This document shows positions 9,801 to 21,000 of a DNA stretch of 64,000 nt, piece after piece. Each line of letters begins with the position of its first letter. Position 1 is the first letter of the stretch. The DNA is taken from positions 64,001 through 128,000 of the IMG/VR virus record IMGVR_UViG_3300025131_009739, one strand, 5' to 3'. The stretch comes from a virus. The notes beneath the pieces are model-generated. The model saw only the letters and a program-made list of their open reading frames with translations. It did not search any database and was not told where the DNA came from. A program made the position numbers and the translations under genes.

Positions 9801-10842
9801 TATCCAAATTATCATTAATTGGAAAAGTTATAACATTTTGACCAAGTTTTTTATTTTCTACTTCTCTAAAATCAAATATTTGTCTCTCAATTCTTTTTAA
9901 CGTTCTAAAATCTTGTACAGTTCGGTTATATACCATTTCAGCAGTTAATTTTGGTTGATTTTTTTTAGGATTGTGAGCCTTCCCACCCATCCATCCAATA
10001 TAACCTATACCGCTTCCGGGGCCATGATAGTGTACTGGGCCATGCCATATTTTTCCTTTTGCTATTGCGTTGCCTTCTGAAGGGGAAAATTTGATGATCT
10101 CTTCGGCGGTTGGTGTCTGACGATAGATTGTTTTTTGTGTGACTAATTTTCCACCTCTGATAATAGGCTCATCTATATGTTGACCAAGAAGAATCTCGAC
10201 TTCATCATCGCCTTTAAGCCCAAAATTTTGTTTTATTTCATCAATATCTAAATAGGGAACTACAAATAAAGACAAATGACTTGGGCTCACCTCTTTAACT
10301 GATATAGTGTGTCTAAACGGTATGTCATAAATAATGTTTCCATTATTATCAATTGTTTTATTATAATCCTTAATGTGATCTAGTATATCTTCGTCATCAG
10401 TAAGTTTAAAAAAAGAAGTATCAGACAAAGATATAGTTGTGCTTTTGGCACCAGGGGGTGTCTTTTGGCCTGCCACCAAATCTTTTACCCGTTCGTTACT
10501 AGCATGCATGCCGCTATAAGCTGACTCGCTTTCCACGCTAATGATTTTTATTTTATAAAACTTCAAAAAATCTTCGTTAAAAAGAAAACTAGAAACGAGA
10601 TCTCTTCCTTTTGGAACTTTCGCCTTTAAGGAAAAATCAACAAAAACATCTAAACTTTCTTCCGAAGTCCCAGATAAATTTTTTGCTTCTGCAGACCATT
10701 CGGGCTCAAGTGCAGGTTTTTGTATATGAGGGTTTTTATTAAATAGAGATTCCCACTTTTCATTGGCTACATTTAAAACAATTTTGTTTATATAAACGCC
10801 CGGTAGAGCACTTTCAAAATAACTTGATAGATTATCAGACAT
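6883..10842 (-). CDS. Large hypothetical (probably virion) protein
   Basis: About 1319 aa. The ATG at 10842 overlaps the upstream TGA (TGATG coupling). It contains a His-rich WHGPVHYH...WMGGKAH motif and an Ala/Pro-rich C-terminal linker. No family recognised. Confidence 0.5.
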   Translation of the reverse strand: MSDNLSSYFESALPGVYINKIVLNVANEKWESLFNKNPHIQKPALEPEWSAEAKNLSGTSEESLDVFVDFSLKAKVPKGRDLVSSFLFNEDFLKFYKIKIISVESESAYSGMHASNERVKDLVAGQKTPPGAKSTTISLSDTSFFKLTDDEDILDHIKDYNKTIDNNGNIIYDIPFRHTISVKEVSPSHLSLFVVPYLDIDEIKQNFGLKGDDEVEILLGQHIDEPIIRGGKLVTQKTIYRQTPTAEEIIKFSPSEGNAIAKGKIWHGPVHYHGPGSGIGYIGWMGGKAHNPKKNQPKLTAEMVYNRTVQDFRTLKRIERQIFDFREVENKKLGQNVITFPINDNLDISRKPSYFSELFTSKDREGKCRFFFSVDYLTMVKKNSAFPILFENSSPSFISQLLRKSYIRSFKILRNRVDSTASSVNKLGTKRSVEFDRNIPPEMLVHTKDNEIGLSSGPGFGGRSARLQPGKRIVEVGDDPGIYGTNRSKEVAATVQEVNLMTQEFRSDYPFMRHFAAVDHMMSEITNGFYRYDVEIEIEDPTVNFMEERLQELVNITTTFEKYYNVAVSQNISSPETVEKSHGFNQAGRRKYKLNYSLVAQSFIPEFLDDILQLFSEGSIAENTLLNNVAQSAKKHSGQNNILTDIITQYVDIFQLLTKGFQPQYQGAGPAPAEDHPQQNLIREIAKMVDPVVGSPEGIGSFLKLVSDLSINVERMLDSAISGPVTKDAPSGPGSEPQSLKVDATRTFKVIKEFSNFEDIFDSDTSKYFGVDYLTSEPSTNEFGLMLLNTGDFRERSNFEMRKYFGKKTGTLHLDKDFQGGVRLGLDPLKFAYFSPMSISTRKGVVYDLLSEALKQANKFYEPHRYNQILIEALRYNNGLNIDKNPYSIGRNLVPKANAMQRLRGGLIDFMASKSCTVSSMESFNVHVEDDQISDYCQETTPFTDIIKFTSVLSTLPLVAPLAGHGVNKNTPQGVYVNDLTNPNKALLKLSSYFSHPTYKFDPYAHFNIDSPVQRVFDLDVAGDLSNYPNQYKAMIAVCTQKSKPKEEHDLALDLEREVFNPNKKSDSLGFFYLNFMNLCSVEMLTGYRIVDGTGKNEAQMSDPLFQQIGMEQWERINSNEGSFKMDDRDNRLVCRVKRHSNSQVNIPEIEAFDFPIYNKHFFMKPGKPKINFAAALNLNPPPISPAAAAAIQAAAPVLAAVGAPTAGQIQIAAATAAAVTSAAETAIGLSPGTLPGGFLPSSAKIIPTLGQPIMAGLKSLSNTMMKSTIPILTPKIGGAMGAGYIPPKTGFDISGIFDSAKEKQTKPGKKKPTKGDMY

Positions 10843-11945
10843 CAAGACGTCTCCTTCTCAAATTCTGGCGGGCATGGATCCTCTTCGGGATCAAGATCAT
10901 AAATGTTAGCAAATCCAACTTCTTCTTCGAAACAATCAAAAACACGGTCTTGATCGGAAAAAATATGCTTTCTTCTTTGTACATTAATTGAAGCACAATA
11001 AAGTTCATTATCAATCTCTTCGTCAGTTAACATTTCAAAATAGTATTCTACATGCTTTTGGCTAGGAAGACCGAGATCCGTTTCTGGATCATGGAAATAT
11101 AACAATTGCAGGTCATCTCCATCGACCTTATATACTTCAATATCAAAGTTTTCTCTTTCAAATAAAGAATTTTTTTCTTCTGCCTCAAAAAGAAGATAAT
11201 GTGGCCTAACTTGAAATGTAGAATTATCTTGGTACACAGTCGCATGATACGCATCGCCGCCGCCGGAGTCGCCGTATGGCATATCAGAAAACACACCTAA
11301 ATCTAATTCGTCTTCAACATTATCTTTTACCCAAGTTCCATCATCATTGACAAAAGAAATAAAAGTTTCATATGAGCTTGTTAAAAATAATTGTGGAATT
11401 CTTGAAATACCATTTGAACCAGATAGTGTTGGCTTTGAGCCAGTTAATTCGCTATTTAAAAATTTTATAGACCACGCAGGGACATAACTAGAACCATATT
11501 CTGAAGTTCCCAAAGGATGAGACAGCACATAGTCCTTGAGAGCGGCTGGTTGAGCATACATGACTTGAAATCTCATCATATCTTCTTCAGTCAATACCGG
11601 GTTTTGGCCCACTTCTACTTCAGTATCGTCAAATTCGGGACCCATAGTTCTGGCTTCCTGTGCCAACTTACTCTTATTTTCAAGTATATGTTTGTTAGCC
11701 TTAGTCACCTCCGTCCCGGGTCCTGGGCTGAAAACATATTGCGTTTTTGGTCTCACCGAATTCTTAATTCTTAACTCTGAATCATTTTGAGCTTCACTTA
11801 AATCAGTATATGAGGAATCATATATAACATCGGCATCAAAAAAAGCATATTGAGAAGGCTTAAACTTCCCCAATGATAGTAAATGTTTACCATATTGAGT
11901 AAGCTGAATTTCAATTACGTCTTCTTTTTTATTAAAAAATGTCAT
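10842..11945 (-). CDS. Putative phage structural protein
   Basis: 367 aa, acidic. The N-terminal IEIQLTQYGKHLLSLGKFKPSQYAFFDADVIYD parallels the N-terminus of 2756..3799. Confidence 0.5.
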   Translation of the reverse strand: MTFFNKKEDVIEIQLTQYGKHLLSLGKFKPSQYAFFDADVIYDSSYTDLSEAQNDSELRIKNSVRPKTQYVFSPGPGTEVTKANKHILENKSKLAQEARTMGPEFDDTEVEVGQNPVLTEEDMMRFQVMYAQPAALKDYVLSHPLGTSEYGSSYVPAWSIKFLNSELTGSKPTLSGSNGISRIPQLFLTSSYETFISFVNDDGTWVKDNVEDELDLGVFSDMPYGDSGGGDAYHATVYQDNSTFQVRPHYLLFEAEEKNSLFERENFDIEVYKVDGDDLQLLYFHDPETDLGLPSQKHVEYYFEMLTDEEIDNELYCASINVQRRKHIFSDQDRVFDCFEEEVGFANIYDLDPEEDPCPPEFEKETS

Positions 11946-11968
11946 TTTGTATAAATTCCAACCTTATA

Positions 11969-11975
11969 ATAATTA
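11969..11975 (-). promoter_or_regulatory. Candidate late-promoter motif TAnTTAT (TAATTAT)
   Basis: 23 nt upstream of ATG 11945. Confidence 0.45.
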
Positions 11976-12000
11976 CTCATATTTAATAAAATATTCTTCA

Positions 12001-15000
12001 TTAAGTTCCTGGAACCTCCGAGCCCGGTGGTGGCTTTTGTGGAGGAATCGGAGGTAGCCATGGCAAGTTCACATTGCCGGCAACATCAGATAAAGTAGCC
12101 ACATCATCTCCAATGGCTCCTCGAAGCTTGTATTCAGCTTCTACTTGTACTAGTTCAACAAGAGAAAAGAAATCATAAGGCCAATTATAATTATAATCTG
12201 GCTTCTTTAATTTTTCATCTCCAAACTCAAATTTAAACCTTTTGTCGTCTTTTGTGTCCTCTGTTACATTAAAGTAACTTTGCTCTGCTTTTTTCTTAAC
12301 TTTGAAAACCATCCATCTGACATCTTTTGGCATCGTATTAAGATTTAAGAAATCCCAAGAGGCTGCAAGATCTAACGTTATGCTTGCCTCATCTTTTTGC
12401 GCTTCCGTAGCAATTTTTGGCATAAGATTTTGCCAAATATCAATAAGATCTTGTTTTTTCAAACAATGATGAAACTCGAAAATAAACATGGCAAATGGAT
12501 CTATGCTACGATTTTTAATAAAATTCATATGTGGCGGTAGATAATACTTGCTCATTTTATTAACCATCTCGGTTATCGCTTTACTTGGAACACTAGACCC
12601 AAAGGCAGCTGCGCGTTTTGCTAGGTCGTCGAGATTTGTTTCGGGCGACCTTTGTAAAAGCTGGGCATAATCAATGTGTCTTCGTGTAATTGGAAAGAAT
12701 GGACTTGTTCCTTCGTCATAATTTGATCTTATTGGTATAGCGACAACAGCTTCAGAGATGATTTTATTATCTGCAATTTGACCTAATTTTCTGTCCGGAC
12801 CAACGAGACCAGAAGGTTCTTTAAATCCTAATACTTGGTATAATGATCCTGTTTGTCTGTGACCTAACCTAGTTTCATCAGACGGCTGAGTTCCAATCCC
12901 GTGTAGTGCATTTTCTCCAGCGCCTCCGAGCATTGCTTTTAATATGGCTGTTGGGTGTGATTCTCTCAAGCCCATATAAATTCCTTGAGAACCGGTTGGT
13001 TCGACTCCGTAACCATACCACATTCCGCGAGTAGAATAACCGAGATTCGTATCTATATTGCCAGAGAAATTTAATATTGGTGTTTCAAATTTTGGAGAAA
13101 TAACCCATGCATCCAAAGACTCATCACCTTTCGATGCCTTCGCTTCTATCGCCTGACCAGTGATTGGATTATATGTAATCTCTGGTACAGTTGTTCTACC
13201 AAAAAGATTTATTGACGATGCAACTCTCATTTTGGATTTGAAAGCAAGACTTTCATTGCCTTGCCCTTCTTCGCCAATCTGAAATGAACCAGATCCGTAA
13301 TCTTTAAGAAGGTTCCAAGATTCTCTCCAATTAGGATCATATGTTGTTTCAACCTGGGCGCCGGCTATAACTTCTTCTATTGTAAACTCAGCAAGTTCTC
13401 CATGAGAAGAATGAAGATCAACTGCTGAAAGCAATAGTCTGTGTTTATGTGGAGAAAAAGCTAATCTCGCTACTGATTTGCCATAGAAATATGGCGGTGT
13501 ATAAGGAGCAAAAGCGGGATCTTGCGTTTGTGCTGCGACGTAGACCAAACTGGTAATTGGATCAAGAGGGTAATTATGTGTTTGACAAGTTGGTCCATAA
13601 TGTATTCCCCTTGCTGAACCAGATTGCATATCTTGTTTATTGAAAGCCAAATCGCCGGAGCTGCGGCCAGCTTTGAATGGGAAATCTGGCCCTTCAAACA
13701 TGATCATATCTTCATATGGGTTGTGTCCGGGAGGTTTGTCAACTGCGCTGCCGCTCATGCTGTATTTTTTTCCTGACTTTCTCAATGTCACATCCATAAA
13801 ATATGTTGTTCCAGATAACATCTGAAATCTTCCCGGAGTCGACGTAAAGCTTTGGAACTTGCCTTTATCCAAGAAAAATCTTGGTATTTCTCCCAAGAAA
13901 TTGTGCATTGCCATTGAGTAATTTGGTGTGTAATCTCCTGTCCAAAGCGCGTGCTTTCCTTGAGTGAGATCGGTTATCTCGCCGGCGAGCCCTGGAGGGT
14001 GTATTAATGGTATTTCCGATCCTACGCCGTGGTCTCCGGAGTGGCTGACTGGCAGATATGTATGAGGTTCTATGAGAGACTCGAATGGAAAACGAATATT
14101 ATGAATTTTTTCATATTCAAGACCCTCAGTGCCGACGTCGTCCGATCCTGTTTGGGTAAGATAACCCATGCCAGCGAAGCCGATTGCGTTTGGCAACGAT
14201 CCAGTCCAATGTGGCCAATCTACAGCGATGCCTGATTTAATTGTATTATACATAATACCAGGGGCGAACCATGGTTGCAATAACGACTGTAATTGTTCTT
14301 GTGGGTGTACTTGTGGTGTCTTTCCGGCGAATGCAATAGATGAGGTTAAATGTGGTCCATAACTTTGCGAGAACATAGAACCCAATTGCACACATCTCAA
14401 TACTGGATAAAAACCATTATATGGTAAGAGTTTTTTAACTGCTTTGCACTTTAATGTAAATTCTTTTGCCCTTCCTTTAACATCTTTCTGATAGTCGTTG
14501 CCAATAAGCTCTACAAATTTCATAAAATCAGAATGAGAATATAGTTTGTAGAATGGCAAATTTCCAGTGCTAATTGGAGTATCTGAACTTGCAGTGTGTA
14601 ATGCACCGACAAGAGATAAGAATTTTTTGTTCGTGGCAGCAAAGCCATTATCAATATAATAATCCATATGATCTGAAATTTTAAATTCTGGGAGGATTGA
14701 ATAACCTTGTCCCATTGTTCTTACATCTACTGCCCACTGATCATATGAATCATAAAAAGGAGACTTCCCAGACAACAGTGAAGCACTATAATGAGGTTTA
14801 AAGTGTGCCCCACTGATGCCCTGGTCCGCATCCCATGAATCATGCTGGATGATGTGAAGATATTTAGGAGGGATGAAGGTCTCAAAATTTGCAATAGGCG
14901 TCATGGACATATATTTATTTTGGAATAAATATGTCTGTGAAGCGGTTGGGACGGATCGTAAGCTATAATGAACAGAATCGGTTTTTAAGGTGTTTGCAAC

Positions 15001-18000
15001 GATAGCATTAGAAGCAGTCATAGATGCATATGGGTTTGAAAATAACTCTCCACATAGAGTGCCGGATTCAGCAGAAGCATCTAATGGCCACATACTTAAA
15101 CAAGGTGGAATCATTTCTAGACCATTTTGAAAATCATGTTCAGAGGGTCCGATTCCTTTGTTGCGGTCGATCTGGCCGTATTTAAATATATAACCTGTCG
15201 TATCGTCATTCCACATACTTTCTCTAATTGTATTACCCATTGAATTTAAAGCAAGAGCATCTGTCCTTAATCTATGTTCAGGTCTAGTTCTCCAGAACGT
15301 TCTATAATCTCTTCGATCATAACCCTGATGAGTTAGTCCCGAAGATTCTGTGTAATGTTGTCTTCCACGAATTTTGCCTAAATAAGCATTTTCTTCTTTC
15401 GGAAAGACAATTTCTCTATAATTCAGATTAAGCAAATCAAATGATTTTTCTTGTTGAAAGACTGGATTAATTTCATTTGTTATTTCATCATATATGACTT
15501 GATCGGGATCATTGATAATTCCTAATTTTTGATCCAACTCTCCTTGACCAATTGGGAAGTAATTCATATTATTGCCAAGTGTATGTCTAAAAGTAAAGAC
15601 ATTATTGGCCTTTCCACCTCTTGCAAGAACTATACGTTGTTGTTCTACGTCGTCCACAGAAATATCGAATAAAGTATGCTCGATTGGTTTATATTTGTTT
15701 GTAACAGGCGTAATAGTTTCTTTTCTTACTGGAGACTTGGCGCCGACTTTTTTCAGCTCTTGGAGAATGTTATCTGTGTAGCCATTAGTGCCATATCGTA
15801 ATTCGGTTTGTGCGTCGGCCGGCGTGAAAAGTTTCTCGAGTTTGGTGGGGCTACGCTCGGAAGCAACCGGGCCGATTGAAAAATCAAGTAAATTCTTTTT
15901 CTTATGATATCGCGCAACAGGGTGTTCGCCTGTTCTAATTTGTTTCCAAGATGGGTAATGATATGGTCCGTTGCGGTGAAGCATAAGAGCGTTGAAGGCT
16001 TCTGGGTCTCGCCTTGGATTGTGCGCAAGGCCGGCGGTGTTCGCTTCAGAAGCTCCAATCGGATCATAATTTGTGACAAAGCCTCTCCCATGAGATGTAG
16101 CGTTGTCTGTTCCATTTATATAAGTGGGTGACTCGTGGTAGGCTGTCCAACCCAAATACGCTCCATGTGGGTGCTGCAAGCTATCATTATTACCGGGGGC
16201 ACCTGTATCGTTGGGCCACCCAAGAGTATTTGTGGATGATGATATTGGTTCATATATAATTGTGTTTAACCCTACGAAATCAGTCGGATGAAAGCCACCA
16301 ATATCCCCTTGAATAGCCTCGGCAAAAGGAACGCCCCAAGTTCGGACGGCGCCGGCGTTGTACCACGCAACCCCAAAATCACTTGCACTAACAAATACAA
16401 TATCTGTTGAAGCGTTCCAAGCGTTGTATGCATTATGTTCTTCTGATCCGCTTCTCATATAAGCAGGCTTTTGATATCCAAGAACTGTAAAGTCAGCTTT
16501 GGGCCTAGCCGGATCGGCTGGTGTTACGCCGAGAGAAAGAGGCTCAGTCGTAACACCAGTAACGTGATGCACAGAAGCTGTAATCCAAGCATATTGCAAA
16601 TCGCTTCTTGGAATAACGCGGGTGACATACCAATTATCATAAGATGAAGCAGTTCCAGCAAACTTAGGAGCCACAATATGTCCGCTGCTACTGAAAACTA
16701 TTTTTGCTCTTCGATTTCTATGCACTTTATGATATGATGCACTTGGTTCTTTTAAAGAGCTGTCATATCCGCCGGTGCCGGCATGTCTTGTTAACAACGT
16801 TTGCAAAGGCTGCCTTACACTAAGATTTCTATTGTTTAAACTATTGTATACTGAAAATTCTTCCGCAACAATATCTAAGAAGCCTCTAGACATAACTTCT
16901 GGGCCGCCAGGAGCGGAAAACTTTTCTACAAACACAGAAGCATGTCTTCCTCTATCTGGCAATGCAAAGTCGTATACTCCTGAAACAAGTGTTGATACAA
17001 CTGATCCTGATATAGCTCCTTTTGTTTCGGCAAAATATCTAGGATTGGTAGAGCGACCGGATGTTTGTACAACTTCATAATTTTTAGTGTAATTGCCAAT
17101 AACGGTGGAGCCGGTTGTAGTATGACCAATAGTTTGCTGTATGTTTTTGATATTAACCGGTCTTTTTGCATACCCATCGCGGGCTATCCAAGATCTGGCT
17201 GCGCTCCAACCTGGAGCGTCTTGATCAGCTACAGCTTGGACTACATGATCTACTGGTACGAGCTTAAGTTCTGTTGCATATCCTATTTCGCTATAAGCTG
17301 GTAGAACCACACTCCATGCTTCTTCTCTTCTACTAGGAGATGCCGTTCCGAATGCTCCTGTTGTCGTAAAGAAAACATGTCTATGTGGCATGCCACCAAC
17401 ATATTTCTCTGTAAATGGCCCTTGCATAGGGGTCTCTTTGCAGGTTCCATATGCGTCAACATGAATGTTTGTCGGTCCGCCAACTCCGGAAATAGCAGTA
17501 ACAGAACCTGTTGTAAACGAAGAACTAAAGAGACTAAATGGAGCATAAATTTCTCCTTTGTTTTGCTCATCATACGGCAAATAAACATTAAATGCTTGCC
17601 TAGTTTTTTTATCAAGATCAAGAAGATCTGAGCATGCAGGATTTACAAAATCACTTGATTTTATATGTATATAATTATCTGATCCTGGAGTTAACAAGCT
17701 TTTATAGAAATCTAATCTTTTACTGGGAGCAAAATTAATTCCACCATGAAGTTCAACATCCACTTTAGCTGAGAATTTATAAGGTTTTGTTAATTTTCTA
17801 TATACATAAGGATTGGATCGATAGGTAGGACCAGAACTTGAAACAATTGTTGTGGCAATTGTTCTAATTGATTCTTTGCTGCTGTTAAGTCCAGCGTCTG
17901 AAGTACTACCTAGGTGGGTTTGTCCATCTCTTCCGAGACGATCTTTCCACCAGAGACAATTGATGTTTTCGGTTGCGCTCGATGGATAGGTAATGAAGGG

Positions 18001-21000
18001 ACTGTTTTGAACCATTCCACCGACGGCCCCGTTAGCTAATACAATGGTGCGCCCATGAGGGCCGGCCTGGTCGACCACTAAAGTTATTTTGGTATCGGAA
18101 GACCCCAGGATCGCCGTGATTCCTTTAAGTCCTGTGGTTCCTCCGGTGATTTCGCTTCCATATTTGATTGAGTCGCCATCGAATCCTGGAGCATCTGTGC
18201 CATTAATGGCTGCAATCAAATATGTGGTTGCAACAGCGTCGTTGCCGGCGCCGGCGATTCGAATCGCGTTCGCGGGGGGGTCGCCGCCTGGAACACTATT
18301 ATAAACTACGATGTGGACCTTATTACCAGAAGATGCCCCATCGCCCCCGCCTGCAGCGTCAGATATCGTAATATAAAAGGAGTCACCATGAACAACTCCA
18401 GCCCCGGGGTATGCTGGTTGGCTCGAGCCAAGATCCAAAACGTCAAACGCAGTAGCGTTACTGTCGGCTGCAAGGTAAAATTCTATGGGCGCATGTCCCT
18501 GTTTCCATGGATACAATAATTCGTTAATAGCAAGAATTTGCCCAGTTGGTATATCATGTTTCATTTCAAGTGTCGGGAACTTACTCCAATACTTGTTTCT
18601 CTCTAAGACATGGCTTTCAACCATATTTCTAATGGATTCGGAAGTATCAGATGAAATTGGGAAAAACTGTTCAATTATTTTATCAATTGAAGAATCTAAC
18701 CATTTATAAAATTCCACATATCTGTCCAAATCAGAAACACTTTCGACCCTTTCAAAAAATAGTTGCCTTAACTTTTCCATCCTTTTGTATGATTGACGAT
18801 ATCTGTTAACTGGGTCTCCGATAAGAGAATTAAAATCTTTAATTGTAGCAAACATTTTCAGCATTTCTTCTGATATTGTTTGATACATGCTTTTTTCAAC
18901 AGCAATAAAATGTGTTATCGGTCTTGTTTCTCTTGTGAAGTTTATATCATCTCTATTTCTGATCTCGATCATGTCGCTGCTAGCTACTGATTCTGGCAAT
19001 CTCTGTCTAGCAGATGGCAAATAATTTTTATCAACAACTTTTGCATTACTAACAAGAAAGCCATAGCCGATGCCAGTATGTTGTGCATTCAGAATATTGC
19101 CAACAGGACCGTATCTTCCTGTAAGCGCTGTTGATCCAGAAGAAATATCTTCTACAACAAATTCACCTCTTGCATCTGAACCAGTGACTCTGTCAAAGTC
19201 CCAATCTAGCGCCAATGTTTCGATTCTAGGAATGTAACAAAGGCTGGCAGTTGGAGCATTAAACAAATAAGCATAATCATAAGGATGAAGAACACCAGCA
19301 TTACCGGCATCCAGGGCATGAACTTTAATAACTTCGTCTGGCAAATAATCGAGCCAATATCTTACAGAAGATATCTTAACGTCTGTATATTCTTCTAGTG
19401 CTCCTGTGAAATTTGTTCTCAAGGCGCCAGCATATACTCTTTTTGGTGAACCTATCCAATGATTAACACGAGATGCGGGTACTGAATCATAAGGTATGCC
19501 TATAGATTTAGTTATATAAAACTCATTTCTTATGGCATTATTTGAAGCATTTACGCCGCAAAATTCAATAGTCCCGGAACCATGGATATAAGCATTGTTA
19601 GTGCCGCTCACCCGGGTGGCCATTGGATATGTCGATGGTCGAACTCTAACTGCAAAATTCCATTTTTCATTTTCATAAACATCATAAAAAACAGAAGAAG
19701 TTATATTAATTGCCATTATACTAGATGTTAATTTAAAATATGCGTTTGTAGATAAAATATCGTTTGTATCTTTTACAGCGTAGACTCTTAGATCGCCGGT
19801 ATCAGATACTGGCCACGACGCTTCAACTTGTGCCGATTGAGCAGAATCAGGAATTGAAACTGCGCCCTTAGTTCCAAACAAAGAAGAAGTAAGCGAAGGA
19901 GCTAATATAAATTGTCCTGGTTTTTCAACAGTTTCTCTACGAGGAAATATGATTTCAGCTTCTAGTGTTCTTGCAGAGCCGCTTAAAAATTCTTCACTCC
20001 CAGAAATGAAAGATACTGAATTGGAATTACTGCTGGCTGTTGCTTGATAAACTACAGCAGTATTATGATCCGGTTTGTGAAAATCTATAAAATTCTTTTT
20101 TTGAACTGTATAATTGTAGCTGTCTTTAAGTTCATATGTTATATTGTTGGCATATACATTTATCTTAATTAATTCATCATCTATACCAAAACACCTAATT
20201 GCGTTTCTAAATGATTTTTCAGTACCCTTTGATTTGTATATATAAACTAAATTATTATACAAATTTTGATAAATTAAATTTTTTGTATCATAAAGATCAT
20301 CTTCAAAAAGTTTTTTTTCATCTCTCGCGGAAAGTTTAGAAATTATATCAGCATCAAGAAATATTTCTGGCGTGGTTAGGCCAGCAGATTCTAGCAATCG
20401 ATTTGCGAAAGGAAGAGGTTTGTATTCACCACTACCAGTAGGTCCGGAGGCTGTATGGAGAAAAGAAGAGGGATACGACACATAAGACTGGTTTTTAATT
20501 GATGGCAAAGCCTTGATCTGCTGGGCTAAAGTATCAAAATAACTCGCCATAATTTGTGACAATTTTAATAAATTTGAACCAACATATCTATCTTCAGATG
20601 TTATCCATTCAGGAAAACTATTATAAATTGAAGCGTTGTTTGTATAATCAAAGTTTTTACCTAGTTTAGAATAAGTATCTAAAGTGCTAGTAACGTTTGT
20701 GTGGAACGAATAAAGAATAGGATCTTCAAATTCGCGGGTGGAGGCGCTAGCAGAAACTATTGCTGAACCTGTGTTACGAGAAGTCGATAGATACCCTTCC
20801 CAAGATCCTGAAGATATTCTTCCGGAATAATCTAACACTTTAGAATCAAAGCTAGATGTAACTGTTATGCCCTCATTAAATTTATAATATACGCCTAGTT
20901 GAGTATTTGAATCATCTGTATTTGTGCCGCCATGAACCTGAGTAAACCAATGACGTCCAACGGCTTTTGGTGATCTTTCTGCTTTCCAAAATCTAAATTC

